Shown here piece by piece: positions 24,869-35,513 of a DNA stretch of 60,416 nt. The number at the start of each line of letters is the position of its first letter. Positions within the stretch are counted from its first letter, which is position 1. The DNA lies in contig CAIMAO010000024.1 in the NCBI GenBank assembly GCA_903838985.1, forward strand, positions 1 to 60,416. The letters are read 5' to 3'. The translations under genes were made by a program, and so were the position numbers. The stretch comes from an uncultured bacterium (GTDB taxonomy: Bacteria > Patescibacteriota > Minisyncoccia > Phycocordibacterales > UBA9973). The notes under the pieces are model-generated. The model ran no database searches. It was not told the DNA's origin and saw only the letters and a list, made by a program, of their open reading frames with translations.

Positions 24869-27238
24869 TTAATTTTCTGTGGCTCCGTCGATTTTATCTT
24901 TCTTCCCTTCTTCAGCCAAAATATCATCAATAGAACAAACTCCAGAAACACAAGCAAATTCTTTTGCACCTACTGTATTGTCTTCTTGCTCATAATAAAC
25001 AAGCTTGGAGAAATCAATATGCTTTATTTCTTTCATTCTCTTGTCATATTCTTCTTTTGAAATTTCTTCATAAGGAGCGAGCTGGTAAACGTGTTCAGAA
25101 CGAGGCAAGAAAGAAAGTCCTCCGACTATATCCCAATTTTCATAAATGAAGTTTGCAACTTTTATCCATTCATCATTACCTACATAAATAGTGACAGAAG
25201 GATTGTGTTCAATATAATTTATTTTTAATCTCTTCCATTCATTTAATAAATCGATTGCTGAAACTTGATCTTTTGTAATAGCTCCATCTGGGGCTTTGAT
25301 TGGAAACTCAACGACAGCCACAGTAGAATTTGCGGTAGAATATCCAACCTCAGCTTTGAAAGGAACACCTTGATCTTTAATCAAAGCAAAAAGTGGGTCA
25401 TTGGTAGAGATACGAACTCGTCTGATATAGTGTTTTGCAAACCATGGATGCATTCCAGAACCAACATAGAGAAGCTGTCCAGAATTACCATGAGGTTTGA
25501 TAGTTGTGATACAAGTAGAATGATTTATACCAAATTTTTTCGCATATTCTTTGTTTGTCTTTATCGCCTCTTCACGAAGTTTTGACAAAACATCATCTGT
25601 TCTGATCGTTTTGTTATCATAGTATCCAGTAATTGATACACCAAGCAATGCTTCTTCTTCACAATTCTCTTTCCATTCTTTAGAAAGATATCCAAAATGT
25701 GTAAGTGTCGCCTGATAAGTACCCAATATTGTAGAAAGTCTAACTTTTCTCTTTAAATCTTCTACTGAGTCATGTGGACGCACTACGATAGATGTGAGAT
25801 TACAAAATTGTTTAGAACGAAGAGTAATTTCTCCACAAGGATTTGACCCTGGTAAACCAACAATAACATTCTGGTCATCAATTATTCCAGCTTTTTTCCA
25901 ATTATCAATTCTACGTTTTGGAAGCTGTGTCATAAGGCCACCTCTATTGAAAATTCCTCTTTCACCTGTGCCTGATTTTATCAATTCTATCCATTCATTT
26001 AAAAACTCTGAAGCAGAAGGCTTTTGATTGTAAACAGCTGAGTTGTTGGCCATTGAGCGTTGTCCATTATCAACCCAAAATTGACCTTGTTTTGATTTAC
26101 GCATTGATTCATCATCAATATCTGAAAGAGATATCAAAGCGCTGCGACGCACACCTCCAGCTACGACGATAAGCCCAATCTGACACATAATGTCGTGCAG
26201 ATCTAAATTCGTAAGACGCTTACCTTGCCTTGCTAATATTTTCTTTTTTGTAAAGTTTATAAGATCAATCAATGGTTGAGGTCCTGAAGCACGGCCACCA
26301 GCAACTTTTAAACGAGAACCTGACGGACGAACTTTACTAAAATCAAAATCAATATCATAACCATCAGCCCAAGTCTTACAACCAAGTACATAAGCATCTG
26401 CCCAACCTTCTTTGCTATCTTCCACTACATGTGTGGCTAAATGCTTACCTGTTTGTCTTCTTATCTGTGGAAATTTTTGCACTGTTTCAGATTCAACAGA
26501 AAAACCTAATCCTGCTCCACACATCAAGATATACATCACCTCTCCTAAGTCTTGCCAAGCTGAAGGAGCAATATAAGAACAGTTGTATGCCCAGACATTT
26601 GTTTTTTTACAAGCTTCACCTGCAGACCAGAGCAATCTCATTGATGGACAAATTTCTTGTTTTAGAATTCCTTCTTTAACTTCAGCATAATCTTTTGCAG
26701 ATAATTTATTTCCGAGATTTTCTTTCATGTATGCCATAAAGCGATCAATCGTCTCTATCCATGTTTCACGTCGGCCTAAACCATCTTGCCATTTTGAGTA
26801 TGTTCTATAAAAAATAAACTCTTCATAAGAACTAACAAAATAAGAACTTGATTCATCAAATATTTTTTTGCTTTCTTGAGGAATAGTACCTACTTCACGT
26901 CTTAATTCTGCTCTTTTTGACCTATATAAAATATAAGATTTTGCTGTAGCATGATAACCTAAGTCCATCAAAAGAGCTTCCACCAAATCCTGCATCATTT
27001 CGACTGTAGGTACAAACTTTTTCTCTTCACTTTTTGCTTTTATTTGAGTTAATTTACGAAAGACTTTTGTTGCAACATCTTTTGCCTCCTTTTTTTCTCC
27101 TTCACCTGTAATGACAAACGCCTTATAGACTGCATCAGCAATTTTATTTATGTTAAAAGGAATTATTTCCCCTTCACGATTTCTAATACTTTTAATTTTG
27201 TTTAACTCCTTTTTTTCTAAAATAAAATCTTTTTCCAT
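24869..27238 (-). CDS. nrdJ: Class II (B12-dependent) ribonucleotide reductase with N-terminal ATP cone
   Basis: ATP cone, 'RRETW.ET..R','PSMR','YNCS','GGVRRSA','NPCGEI','FCNL'; start MEKDF. Confidence 0.9.
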   Translation of the reverse strand: MEKDFILEKKELNKIKSIRNREGEIIPFNINKIADAVYKAFVITGEGEKKEAKDVATKVFRKLTQIKAKSEEKKFVPTVEMMQDLVEALLMDLGYHATAKSYILYRSKRAELRREVGTIPQESKKIFDESSSYFVSSYEEFIFYRTYSKWQDGLGRRETWIETIDRFMAYMKENLGNKLSAKDYAEVKEGILKQEICPSMRLLWSAGEACKKTNVWAYNCSYIAPSAWQDLGEVMYILMCGAGLGFSVESETVQKFPQIRRQTGKHLATHVVEDSKEGWADAYVLGCKTWADGYDIDFDFSKVRPSGSRLKVAGGRASGPQPLIDLINFTKKKILARQGKRLTNLDLHDIMCQIGLIVVAGGVRRSALISLSDIDDESMRKSKQGQFWVDNGQRSMANNSAVYNQKPSASEFLNEWIELIKSGTGERGIFNRGGLMTQLPKRRIDNWKKAGIIDDQNVIVGLPGSNPCGEITLRSKQFCNLTSIVVRPHDSVEDLKRKVRLSTILGTYQATLTHFGYLSKEWKENCEEEALLGVSITGYYDNKTIRTDDVLSKLREEAIKTNKEYAKKFGINHSTCITTIKPHGNSGQLLYVGSGMHPWFAKHYIRRVRISTNDPLFALIKDQGVPFKAEVGYSTANSTVAVVEFPIKAPDGAITKDQVSAIDLLNEWKRLKINYIEHNPSVTIYVGNDEWIKVANFIYENWDIVGGLSFLPRSEHVYQLAPYEEISKEEYDKRMKEIKHIDFSKLVYYEQEDNTVGAKEFACVSGVCSIDDILAEEGKKDKIDGATEN

Positions 27239-27367
27239 TAGATGATTATACTTCGGCAAAAAAATTTTTACCAGCAAAAAACAACAAAATTTGGCAAAAA
27301 ATATCACAAAAAAACAACTTGGGTTGGCTGTAAATAGCAGTTTTTTAAAAAGCTTAAATGACAAGCT

Positions 27368-27889
27368 TTAAGAGGACAAAAATTCTACCTTATCTCCCAC
27401 TTTTAAATTATTTTTTTGAGAAAATGAAGACATAACCTCCAAAACATACTTAGCATCTTGTTTTGGTGTAAAACTCTCTGGATATGACTCTGGTGATGCA
27501 TTATTTTTTATATAAACTACATGAAAATCTTCACTAATCCATATTATGTCTAGAGAAAAATTCATATCTTTCATCCAAAAAGAATATTTTCCTGTTTGGT
27601 TAAAAACAAAAAGCATTCCTTCATTTTCTTTTAAACTTTTTCTACCAGAAAGTCCTTGTTCTTGTGCTTCTCCAGTTAAAGCCAAATTAACTTTAAGCAT
27701 TTTCCCAGCAATTTTTACATACTTAATATCATTTATAGATAAATTAAATAAATTTTTTGAATTAAAAGTATTTTCTACAGTTTTTATTTCAGAAATAGGA
27801 GCAACTACATTCTTTTTTTCTATTAAAAAAAACATTATCACTAGAAAGATAACAATTATGAGAATATAAAATATGTTTTTATTTTTCAT
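27368..27889 (-). CDS. DUF192 domain protein
   Basis: 'GLSGR..L...EGMLFVF...FWMKDM.F.LDIIW...YVLEV'. Confidence 0.9.
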   Translation of the reverse strand: MKNKNIFYILIIVIFLVIMFFLIEKKNVVAPISEIKTVENTFNSKNLFNLSINDIKYVKIAGKMLKVNLALTGEAQEQGLSGRKSLKENEGMLFVFNQTGKYSFWMKDMNFSLDIIWISEDFHVVYIKNNASPESYPESFTPKQDAKYVLEVMSSFSQKNNLKVGDKVEFLSS

Positions 27890-27897
27890 TTGAGAAA

Positions 27898-29304
27898 TTA
27901 CTTATGATCTCCATTCCAACCAAAAAGTTTACCTAATTCCTCTGGTGTTTGTCTCTTACGAGAAAGTTTTATTTCTCCATTCTGGCAAACTACTAACGCA
28001 GGTTTTGAAATCAAACAATGATTATTACTTAAGGTGTACTGATAAGAACCTGTATCAAAAACTACTAAATATAAATCAGGAATTTCTTCGTTAAGTTTTG
28101 GCAAAAGAACATAATTACCAGAAGCAGTGTATCTATCATCAGCATCACAAGTACTTCCTGCTAACCAAACTTTTTGCAAACGACGAGCATTCAAATGATT
28201 CGCTGGAGCAAAGTGCCATTTATGACGAACAACAGACCATGTGTCAGTAAGGTTCGTAATAAAACTACCATCAATAAAATACCATTTTGTATCGCTCTTA
28301 TTACTAATACTTTTTTCTTCTATAACTTTAAAAAGGGTAATCTGAGAAGGGGCAGTAAAATAACTCCCCCACTCACAAACCAAATTTGGATGTTTAACAC
28401 CTAGTTTATCACTTTCTTTTTTTGCAGTTTTTATCATTTGATTTACCAAGTTCTTTACTGAAATCATTTTTTTTCTTTTTTCATAAGGAACTGGCATACC
28501 TCCACCAAAATTAACTGTATCAAGTCCTGGATTTTGTTCTCTCAATTTTGCATACAAAGCAATAGCTCTTTTAAGCGGTTTTATAAAACCTTCCACTTTC
28601 TCGTTTTGAGTAGAGATATGATAATGCAACATTGAAAGATTTCTTATCTTTCCTATCTTTAAAAGATCCTCTTCATCAAAACCAAAATGATTATATTTTT
28701 TATCCCAGTGCGCATCAATCTTAACATCAAGATTAACTCTAACCCCAACTTCTCCTTTAAACTTTTTTAATCTGTTTAGTTCATGAGTATTTTCTATTAT
28801 TGGTATAATTATTAGTCCTTTATCGCGAAGTTCTTCAATCAAACGAATATACTCATCTGTTTTGGGGCCATTACAAGTAACTCTAACTTTTCGATTAAAT
28901 TTGCCTTGTTCGAGCATTCTTTTTACCAAAAATAGTTCGTTTGAAGAAGAAACTTCTATGTGTGAACCTTCTGCAATAGCTGGTAAAACAAATTCACGAT
29001 TTTGGTTTGATTTCATTACATAATGATAATAAAATTTTCCTTTGTAATTTAAAATTTTAATATAAGCATTAAAAAGCTCAATGAGATCACTGACTCTGTG
29101 TTCTAAAATGGATGGGAAAAAAACTTCAGTCATAGTTCCATACTTTCTCACAATATCCATGATGTTGTATTGGTAATAACCTTCATTCACAATCATGTCT
29201 CCGTTGGCATTAACATCAAAATGCTGGGTATTGAATTCCTCCATACCCAACTTCCAAAATTTCTTCCAATTTTTGCCTTGTTTTTTTATTTTTTTCTTTG
29301 CCAT
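27898..29304 (-). CDS. PLP-dependent Orn/DAP/Arg decarboxylase (SpeA-like)
   Basis: 'YVMKSN','NGPK','HYH','NFGGG','GSTCD','DTGSYQ'. Confidence 0.8.
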   Translation of the reverse strand: MAKKKIKKQGKNWKKFWKLGMEEFNTQHFDVNANGDMIVNEGYYQYNIMDIVRKYGTMTEVFFPSILEHRVSDLIELFNAYIKILNYKGKFYYHYVMKSNQNREFVLPAIAEGSHIEVSSSNELFLVKRMLEQGKFNRKVRVTCNGPKTDEYIRLIEELRDKGLIIIPIIENTHELNRLKKFKGEVGVRVNLDVKIDAHWDKKYNHFGFDEEDLLKIGKIRNLSMLHYHISTQNEKVEGFIKPLKRAIALYAKLREQNPGLDTVNFGGGMPVPYEKRKKMISVKNLVNQMIKTAKKESDKLGVKHPNLVCEWGSYFTAPSQITLFKVIEEKSISNKSDTKWYFIDGSFITNLTDTWSVVRHKWHFAPANHLNARRLQKVWLAGSTCDADDRYTASGNYVLLPKLNEEIPDLYLVVFDTGSYQYTLSNNHCLISKPALVVCQNGEIKLSRKRQTPEELGKLFGWNGDHK

Positions 29305-29366
29305 AAAATTTAAAATTAGTCAAAGACTAGTATATCAAGTTATCAAAAAATGTAAAGAGAAAAATG

Positions 29367-30197
29367 TTATTTCTTAGAACTTTCTCTTTCATTTTTAGAT
29401 GTTAATTTTAATTTAGAAACACTACGCATTGGAGCTAAAATTTTATTTTCTAAAATATCCCAAACTGTTTTTTTATGGAATTCCCATGCTTCATCACTTT
29501 CAAATTGATCTCTTGGACGAATATACCACTCACTCCACCAATCTTTTAAAATCCCTTCCAATACTGGTACTGGAATTTTTTCTGGATAATCCTTAACAGC
29601 AACCTGTAAATGCTCTGATATACCATCAGCAGCAGGAGTGCCATCTTCATTCCAAGCAAGCGGTGGAAGCTCATAATAAATTTCTTCTCCCCCTGGTAAA
29701 TACATTCTTCTCATCCCATTTCCTGATTCTACTTCCTGTCTATTCCAATAACCTTCAGATTTTTCAACTGCCTCTCCAATATATACATTAAGTTCAATTC
29801 CTTTTTTTTCACAAAAACTTTTTGCTTCTTCAATAAGTAGATCATCAACCTTTTGACTTATTCCAGTCGCACGATAAGAAACTTCTGTAAGGGTAAAACG
29901 AAGAGCTAAAATTCCATTATGAATAGAACCATAAGCAGCACTCACAAGTTTATTTTTATCTTTCGGATCTCGAAGAGCAGTAAGTATATAACGTGTATCA
30001 GGATTTTCATTTGCAAGTTCTCTTTGCCAAACTTCTAAAGGTTCAATTTCTTCTGGTTTAAAAAAATGTCCAAGAAATTCATGAAAATCCTTAAGAGTTT
30101 GAGATTCAGGACTTGTAATAATTTCTGCGTTGTTTGAAACTCTTTTAAGAATTTCATTTTTATTGTCTTCTTTACTTCCTAATTGTTCATTTGGCAT
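29367..30197 (-). CDS. Hypothetical protein, GNAT-like
   Basis: 'SYRATGIS' resembles the acetyl-CoA binding motif A. Confidence 0.5.
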   Translation of the reverse strand: MPNEQLGSKEDNKNEILKRVSNNAEIITSPESQTLKDFHEFLGHFFKPEEIEPLEVWQRELANENPDTRYILTALRDPKDKNKLVSAAYGSIHNGILALRFTLTEVSYRATGISQKVDDLLIEEAKSFCEKKGIELNVYIGEAVEKSEGYWNRQEVESGNGMRRMYLPGGEEIYYELPPLAWNEDGTPAADGISEHLQVAVKDYPEKIPVPVLEGILKDWWSEWYIRPRDQFESDEAWEFHKKTVWDILENKILAPMRSVSKLKLTSKNERESSKK

Positions 30198-30281
30198 AAA
30201 ATTATTATATACCCAAGCTTAATAACATCAAAATATATAAATAAAACAACAACAATTAAAATTAGTCCAAAATACACAAGA

Positions 30282-31595
30282 TTAACTTTTTAAATATCCA
30301 CTCAAAAACTCTTTTTTAAATTCGTAAAAATTATCATCCAAAATTGACTGACGGATGTCATCCACAAGATGCGTTATAAAATACATATTATGTATTGAGG
30401 CAAGCGTGCCAGCCAACATTTCTTTCCCATGGAAAAGATGCGCGATATAACTTCTCGTATAATTTTTACAAGAATAACAATTACAATCTTTTTCTATTGG
30501 AGAAAAATCATTCCTATATTTTGTATTAGTAATAATTATTTTTCCATTTTTTGTGTATATAGTTCCATTCCTACCGAGTCTCGTAGGCAAAACACAATCA
30601 AATAAATCTACACCGTTTTCTATCCCCATAAAAAGATCTTCGGGTTCCCCTATTCCGAGCAAGTGACGAGGCTTGTCTTCTGGTAAAATTTCATTTACCC
30701 ATTTCACTGCAGTAGACATATCCTCTTTTGCAAAAGATCCACCAATACCAAAACCATCAAAATATTTTCCATCAACATTTATTTCTGAAATAATTTTAGC
30801 AGATTGTTTTCGTAAAGATTCTTCTCGTCCACCTTGGACTATGCCAAACAAAGCAGGTTCCAAAATAGAAGCTTCTCGTTCAGGGTCGCTGTCTCCGCTT
30901 ACTAGCGGAGCGCTGCCTCTCGACTCGTCAGTCTGCGAGACACCCTGCTCAAGAACTTCCATTTTTCCACTTAATTTAATGTGTTCAGCTAGACTTCTCT
31001 CTGCCCAACGATGTGTACGTTCCAACGCTTCTTCTTGATATTTCAAATCTTCAGTGGGACTAGTACATTCATCAAAAGCAAAAATAATATCAGCACCTAA
31101 GTTGTGTTGTATTTGAATTGATTTTTCAGGAGTAATATAATGTATACTTCCATCTAAATGAGATTTAAAAGAAACTCCATCTTGCCCTATTTTAGCAAGC
31201 CTTGGCGCATCGCTATCATCAAATCTTTCTGGAATCATTAAAGACGGATCAGTTATTTTTGTTATTTTAGAAATGTCTTTCCCATACGCAGCGCCAAGTG
31301 AAAAAACTTGAAAACCACCAGAATCAGTCATAGTCGGACCTTTCCAATTCATAAATTTACCTATGCCACCTGCATCACGCACTATTTCATCTCCTGGTTG
31401 TAAATATAAGTGGTAAGTATTGCCAAGGACAACTTGTGCACCAGCTTCACGAACTTGTTCAGGACTTAAAGATTTCACTGTGGCCTTCGTGCCAACAGCA
31501 ACAAAAGCGGGTGTCCGAATCTCTCCATGTGAAGTCATAAGCACACCCACTCGTCCTAAACTATTTTCTAATTTTTTCTCAATTTTAAATTGCAT
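30282..31595 (-). CDS. tgt: tRNA-guanine transglycosylase (with ~35 aa insertion)
   Basis: 'TDSGGFQVFSL','FDEC','GIVQGG','KPRHLLGIG','DCVLPTR', CxCxxC. Confidence 0.97.
   Translation of the reverse strand: MQFKIEKKLENSLGRVGVLMTSHGEIRTPAFVAVGTKATVKSLSPEQVREAGAQVVLGNTYHLYLQPGDEIVRDAGGIGKFMNWKGPTMTDSGGFQVFSLGAAYGKDISKITKITDPSLMIPERFDDSDAPRLAKIGQDGVSFKSHLDGSIHYITPEKSIQIQHNLGADIIFAFDECTSPTEDLKYQEEALERTHRWAERSLAEHIKLSGKMEVLEQGVSQTDESRGSAPLVSGDSDPEREASILEPALFGIVQGGREESLRKQSAKIISEINVDGKYFDGFGIGGSFAKEDMSTAVKWVNEILPEDKPRHLLGIGEPEDLFMGIENGVDLFDCVLPTRLGRNGTIYTKNGKIIITNTKYRNDFSPIEKDCNCYSCKNYTRSYIAHLFHGKEMLAGTLASIHNMYFITHLVDDIRQSILDDNFYEFKKEFLSGYLKS
30862..30965. repeat. Branched palindromic element inserted in frame in tgt
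   Basis: Arms aaaatagaagcttct..cagggt / accctg..agaacttccatttt; inner ctccgct-tact-agcggag and ctcg...cgag; GC-rich. Confidence 0.8.
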
Positions 31596-31598
31596 TAT

Positions 31599-32390
31599 TT
31601 ATTTTTCAATTTCCACAAACTTTAATTCCTGTATGTTTACTGGACTTATAAGTAATGCTTTTTGAAAAGAATCACGTGGATCAGAAACAATGGTTTGAAC
31701 AACTCCTAACACATGTGAAGTAATACCCGACAAAGAAACTTCAGTTCCTTTTTCTAAAACAAAATCTCTTGGCAAAATCATTTCAAAATTTCCATTCCCC
31801 CTACCCACAACTTCCATAAAAACATTTTTGCCAGCGACGACTACTTCTGTTTTTTCTCCTGGGTTTGAAAACAAAGTAACTTTTGAAGAATTTGGATAAG
31901 TCATGCCTATATATCCGACAGGAACATTTCCCAAGGCAAAAACTTTTTGTCCAACAGATATTCCGTCTCTTGCACCAATATCAATGACAAGGGTGTCATA
32001 AGGAGATTGGTTGGGCCTAGATAAAATAGAAGCTAAAATCATACTTGATTTAACATCTTTTCTATCTAAAATTTCTTTCATCTTCATATTTTCATCTACA
32101 ACTAAAGCATAATTGGCTCTATCTGCTTCACTTTGCAAAATTTGATTTTTCAGATTTTCATTTTCTAAAAGAAGAGATTTTTTAGAAGAAAAATAAGAAT
32201 TGACGTTTGATAAACTTGAACCAATATTGTTTCCTAAAACTAAAACGGGTTTTAAAACAATGCTTGAAACATAAGAAAATCCACTAAAAATAGTAGATCC
32301 AAAAAATATAAAAATAACTAAAATTACAACCAAAATTGTATATCTAAAAAAAATATTTCTTTTTATTTTTTTATCTAGGAGGTAGCTCAT
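31599..32390 (-). CDS. mreC: Rod shape-determining protein MreC
   Basis: TM, coiled coil 'ENENLK', 'IDIG..DGI'; downstream of mreB. Confidence 0.9.
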   Translation of the reverse strand: MSYLLDKKIKRNIFFRYTILVVILVIFIFFGSTIFSGFSYVSSIVLKPVLVLGNNIGSSLSNVNSYFSSKKSLLLENENLKNQILQSEADRANYALVVDENMKMKEILDRKDVKSSMILASILSRPNQSPYDTLVIDIGARDGISVGQKVFALGNVPVGYIGMTYPNSSKVTLFSNPGEKTEVVVAGKNVFMEVVGRGNGNFEMILPRDFVLEKGTEVSLSGITSHVLGVVQTIVSDPRDSFQKALLISPVNIQELKFVEIEK

Positions 32391-33417
32391 CTTGATTACC
32401 AATTAAAACTTCATTGTAAGAAACAAGATCGTCCAAAATAACTCCTGTACCACGAGCTACAGCTGAAAGTGGATCTTCTACAACATAAACAGGTATCTTT
32501 AAGACATTTTGCAAAAGCTCTCCTAGCCCTGGCAATAATGCTCCACCACCAGAAAGAGTAATTCCTCTATGCATTATGTCAGATAAAATTTCAGGAGGTG
32601 TCGTTTCAAGCACATCTTTTACACCTTCTACAAGCTCTTTAATAGATACTGCAAAAGCTTCACGAATATCAGAATCTGTGACAACAACTTCACGAGGAAG
32701 CCCTGTTAACAAATCACGTCCACGCACTTCTGTTTCCATGTATTCTCCAGGCAATACAGAACCTATAACTATTTTGACCATTTCAGCTGTCGTTTCTCCA
32801 ATTAAAATTTTAAACTCATCTCGCATATAAGTGATGATGTCATTATTGAATCTATCACCTGCAATTTTCAGATTTTTTGATTTAACAATACCACCCAGAG
32901 AAATCACTGCTATGTCTGTCGTCCCTCCTCCTATATCTATAATCATAGAACCCACAGGATCTTTAATAGGAAGTCTAATACCGATAGCTGCAGCCATCGG
33001 TTCTTCTACTAAAAAAACTTCTCTTGCTCCAGCAGAACGAGCAGCATCATAAACAGCACGTGTCTCAACATTCGTCGTGCCGGAAGGCACACCGACTAAC
33101 ACCCTAGGTCTAATAAATTTTTTAGACATTTTATCTGCTTTGTTTATCAAATATGAAAGCATTTCTTCTGTGACTTCAAAATCTGAAATGACACCATCTA
33201 CGAGCGGACGCACTGCTCTGATATGTCCTGGGGTTCTGCCAAGCATTTCTTTTGCTTTTTCACCCACAGCAAGAATTTGATTTGTCTTAATATTTACTGC
33301 TACAACAGAAGGCTCATTAATCACAATGCCATGCCCTTTTAAATAGACTAAGGTATTTGATGTACCTAAATCTATACCAATATCATTTGAAAATAATTTG
33401 TAAAATTTATCAAACAT
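32371..33417 (-). CDS. mreB: Rod shape-determining protein MreB
   Basis: GIDLGTSN, EPMAAAIG, DIGGGTT. Confidence 0.97.
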   Translation of the reverse strand: MFDKFYKLFSNDIGIDLGTSNTLVYLKGHGIVINEPSVVAVNIKTNQILAVGEKAKEMLGRTPGHIRAVRPLVDGVISDFEVTEEMLSYLINKADKMSKKFIRPRVLVGVPSGTTNVETRAVYDAARSAGAREVFLVEEPMAAAIGIRLPIKDPVGSMIIDIGGGTTDIAVISLGGIVKSKNLKIAGDRFNNDIITYMRDEFKILIGETTAEMVKIVIGSVLPGEYMETEVRGRDLLTGLPREVVVTDSDIREAFAVSIKELVEGVKDVLETTPPEILSDIMHRGITLSGGGALLPGLGELLQNVLKIPVYVVEDPLSAVARGTGVILDDLVSYNEVLIGNQDELPPR

Positions 33418-33419
33418 AA

Positions 33420-34727
33420 TTAAGCAGTAAGCAAAGTTAATAATTCTTCCAAAGAAACAACTTTTCCTTTTTCTTCATTTCTTTTTTTAATCTCTACACC
33501 ATTTTCTTTCATGCTTCTAGATGACACAACTATTCTGTAAGGTATGCCCAAAAGATCTGCATCAGCAAACTTTTCACCTGGAGAAACTCCACTTCTATCA
33601 TCAAAAAGTACTTCAATATTTTTTGATATTAATGCATCATACACATGATCTGCTTCTTTTTTTATATTTTCATCATCACCCAATGAAAGAAGATGCACTT
33701 TAAATGGGGCAATAGTTTCTGGCCAAATTATTCCTTTGTCGTCTGAAAGCACTTCTACAACAGTGCCCATGAGTCTACCTGGACCGATTCCATAAGAACC
33801 CATAAAAACAGATTTCTTTTCACCTTTTTCTGTTTGATATGTTAAATCAAGTGCATCAGAAAAACGAGTTCCTAAAGTAAAAATATTACCAACTTCTACT
33901 GCTCTTTTTTCAACTAATTTTTCTTTATCTAGGCCAAGACTAGAAATAACTTCATCGTTATAAACTTCTTTATTCACAGCTATACTTTTATCTTCATCAA
34001 CATAAATAGTGTCTTCACCAGCTCCAGTTATAGTTTGAAATTCATGTGAGAATTTTGAGAACATACCTCCTGAAGCAAAAGTAAAATAAGTTAAATGCCC
34101 AATACCCGCACGTTGAAAAATCTTTTGATACGCCACTTTTGATTTTTCATAAAATTCATTATGTTCTTCTTCATCTTTACAAAAAGAATACAAATCTTTC
34201 ATTTCAAATTCTCGACAACGCATTATTCCACTTTTAGCTCGTATTTCATTTCTAAATTTAGTCTGAAATTGATATATAGAGAAGGGTAAATCTCGATAAG
34301 AATTTAAAAAATTCTTTGCTATTTTGGTCATAGCTGCCTCGTGAGTGACCGCCAAACCCAACTCTGTGCCACTTTTTAATTTTGTTTTAAACCAAACATC
34401 AACCTTTTCATCATCCCATTGATCAGTAGGCTCCCAAGTTTCTTTTTCTTGCAAAGAAGAAAGGACAACTTCTTGGCCACCAATTGCATTCATTTCTTCA
34501 CGAATAATATTTTCAATCTTCTTAATAACTCGAAGTCCAAGTGGTAAATATGAGTAAACCCCTGCCATCTCTTTATGAATAAAACCCCCACGGATAAGAA
34601 GTTCTGCATTCTTTGATACTTCGTCTGAAGGAGCTTCTTTTTTCGTCTTAGTAAAAAGTTTTGATTGTCTCATAACCTTCATATTAACCGAAAAAAGTCT
34701 TTTTGGCAAAGTTATAAAAATAACCAT
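33420..34727 (-). CDS. proS: Prolyl-tRNA synthetase (short form, no editing domain)
   Basis: 'MRQSKLF','FRNE.R.KSGIMR.REF.MKD','EVGNIF','GSYGIG'; true start probably MRQSK. Confidence 0.95.
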   Translation of the reverse strand: MVIFITLPKRLFSVNMKVMRQSKLFTKTKKEAPSDEVSKNAELLIRGGFIHKEMAGVYSYLPLGLRVIKKIENIIREEMNAIGGQEVVLSSLQEKETWEPTDQWDDEKVDVWFKTKLKSGTELGLAVTHEAAMTKIAKNFLNSYRDLPFSIYQFQTKFRNEIRAKSGIMRCREFEMKDLYSFCKDEEEHNEFYEKSKVAYQKIFQRAGIGHLTYFTFASGGMFSKFSHEFQTITGAGEDTIYVDEDKSIAVNKEVYNDEVISSLGLDKEKLVEKRAVEVGNIFTLGTRFSDALDLTYQTEKGEKKSVFMGSYGIGPGRLMGTVVEVLSDDKGIIWPETIAPFKVHLLSLGDDENIKKEADHVYDALISKNIEVLFDDRSGVSPGEKFADADLLGIPYRIVVSSRSMKENGVEIKKRNEEKGKVVSLEELLTLLTA

Positions 34728-34779
34728 ATTTCAAATAGATAAGTTGCAAAAAAGCATGTATTCTGTTAGAATAAACCCT

Positions 34780-35508
34780 ATGCAAAAAGTAGAAAATAAG
34801 AATGTAAATATTCCTACAAATATCGAAAAAATGTTTGAGGCAGGTGTGCATTATGGTTATGGAAAGTCCAGAAGACATCCTTCTGTTTCCTCATATATAT
34901 ACGCCACGAAGAATAGTGGAGATATTATTGACCTTGAAAAGACAAGCGTTCAATTGGCAGATGCTGTAGAGTTTATTAAAAGTCTTGGTGCTCAAAATAA
35001 AACAATCCTTTTCGTAGGTACAAAGCCTGAAGCAAGAGATGTTATCAAAAACACAGCTTTGAGCTTAAATATGCCTTATGTTGACACACGTTGGATCGGA
35101 GGTACATTGAGTAATTTTACAGAAATCAAAAAAAGAATTGCAGAATTAGAAAAATATAATAAAGAAAGCACAACTGGTGGTTTAGAAAAATATACAAAGA
35201 AAGAACGTGTAGTTATGGCTAAAAAGATGGAGAAGCTTTCAAAATACTACAGTGGTTTAATCGGTTTGAAAAAAGCTCCAGATGCTTTACTCATTATTGA
35301 CTCAAAAGCAGAACACATAGCTGCTACTGAAGCTTTAAAATCAGGCGTAACAGTAGTCGCACTAGCAAATTCTGATTCGAATATTAAAAAAATTGATTAT
35401 CCTGTGGTCGGAAACGATTCTGGCATACCTTCAATCAAGTTTTTCATCAATGCTATCGTTGAAGCTTATAAGCAAGGCTCAATGTCATTACCAACTAAAG
35501 ATAAATAA
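34780..35508 (+). CDS. rpsB: 30S ribosomal protein S2
   Basis: 'EAGVHYG','LFVGTK','RWIGGTLSNF','GND'. Confidence 0.97.
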   Translation: MQKVENKNVNIPTNIEKMFEAGVHYGYGKSRRHPSVSSYIYATKNSGDIIDLEKTSVQLADAVEFIKSLGAQNKTILFVGTKPEARDVIKNTALSLNMPYVDTRWIGGTLSNFTEIKKRIAELEKYNKESTTGGLEKYTKKERVVMAKKMEKLSKYYSGLIGLKKAPDALLIIDSKAEHIAATEALKSGVTVVALANSDSNIKKIDYPVVGNDSGIPSIKFFINAIVEAYKQGSMSLPTKDK

Positions 35509-35513
35509 AAATT

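Noticed and set aside
27239-27367. Possible cobalamin riboswitch or N-terminal extension upstream of nrdJ
   Set aside because: AT-rich with no B12-box; the extension is low complexity and contains a -10-like TATAAT just before MEKDF.
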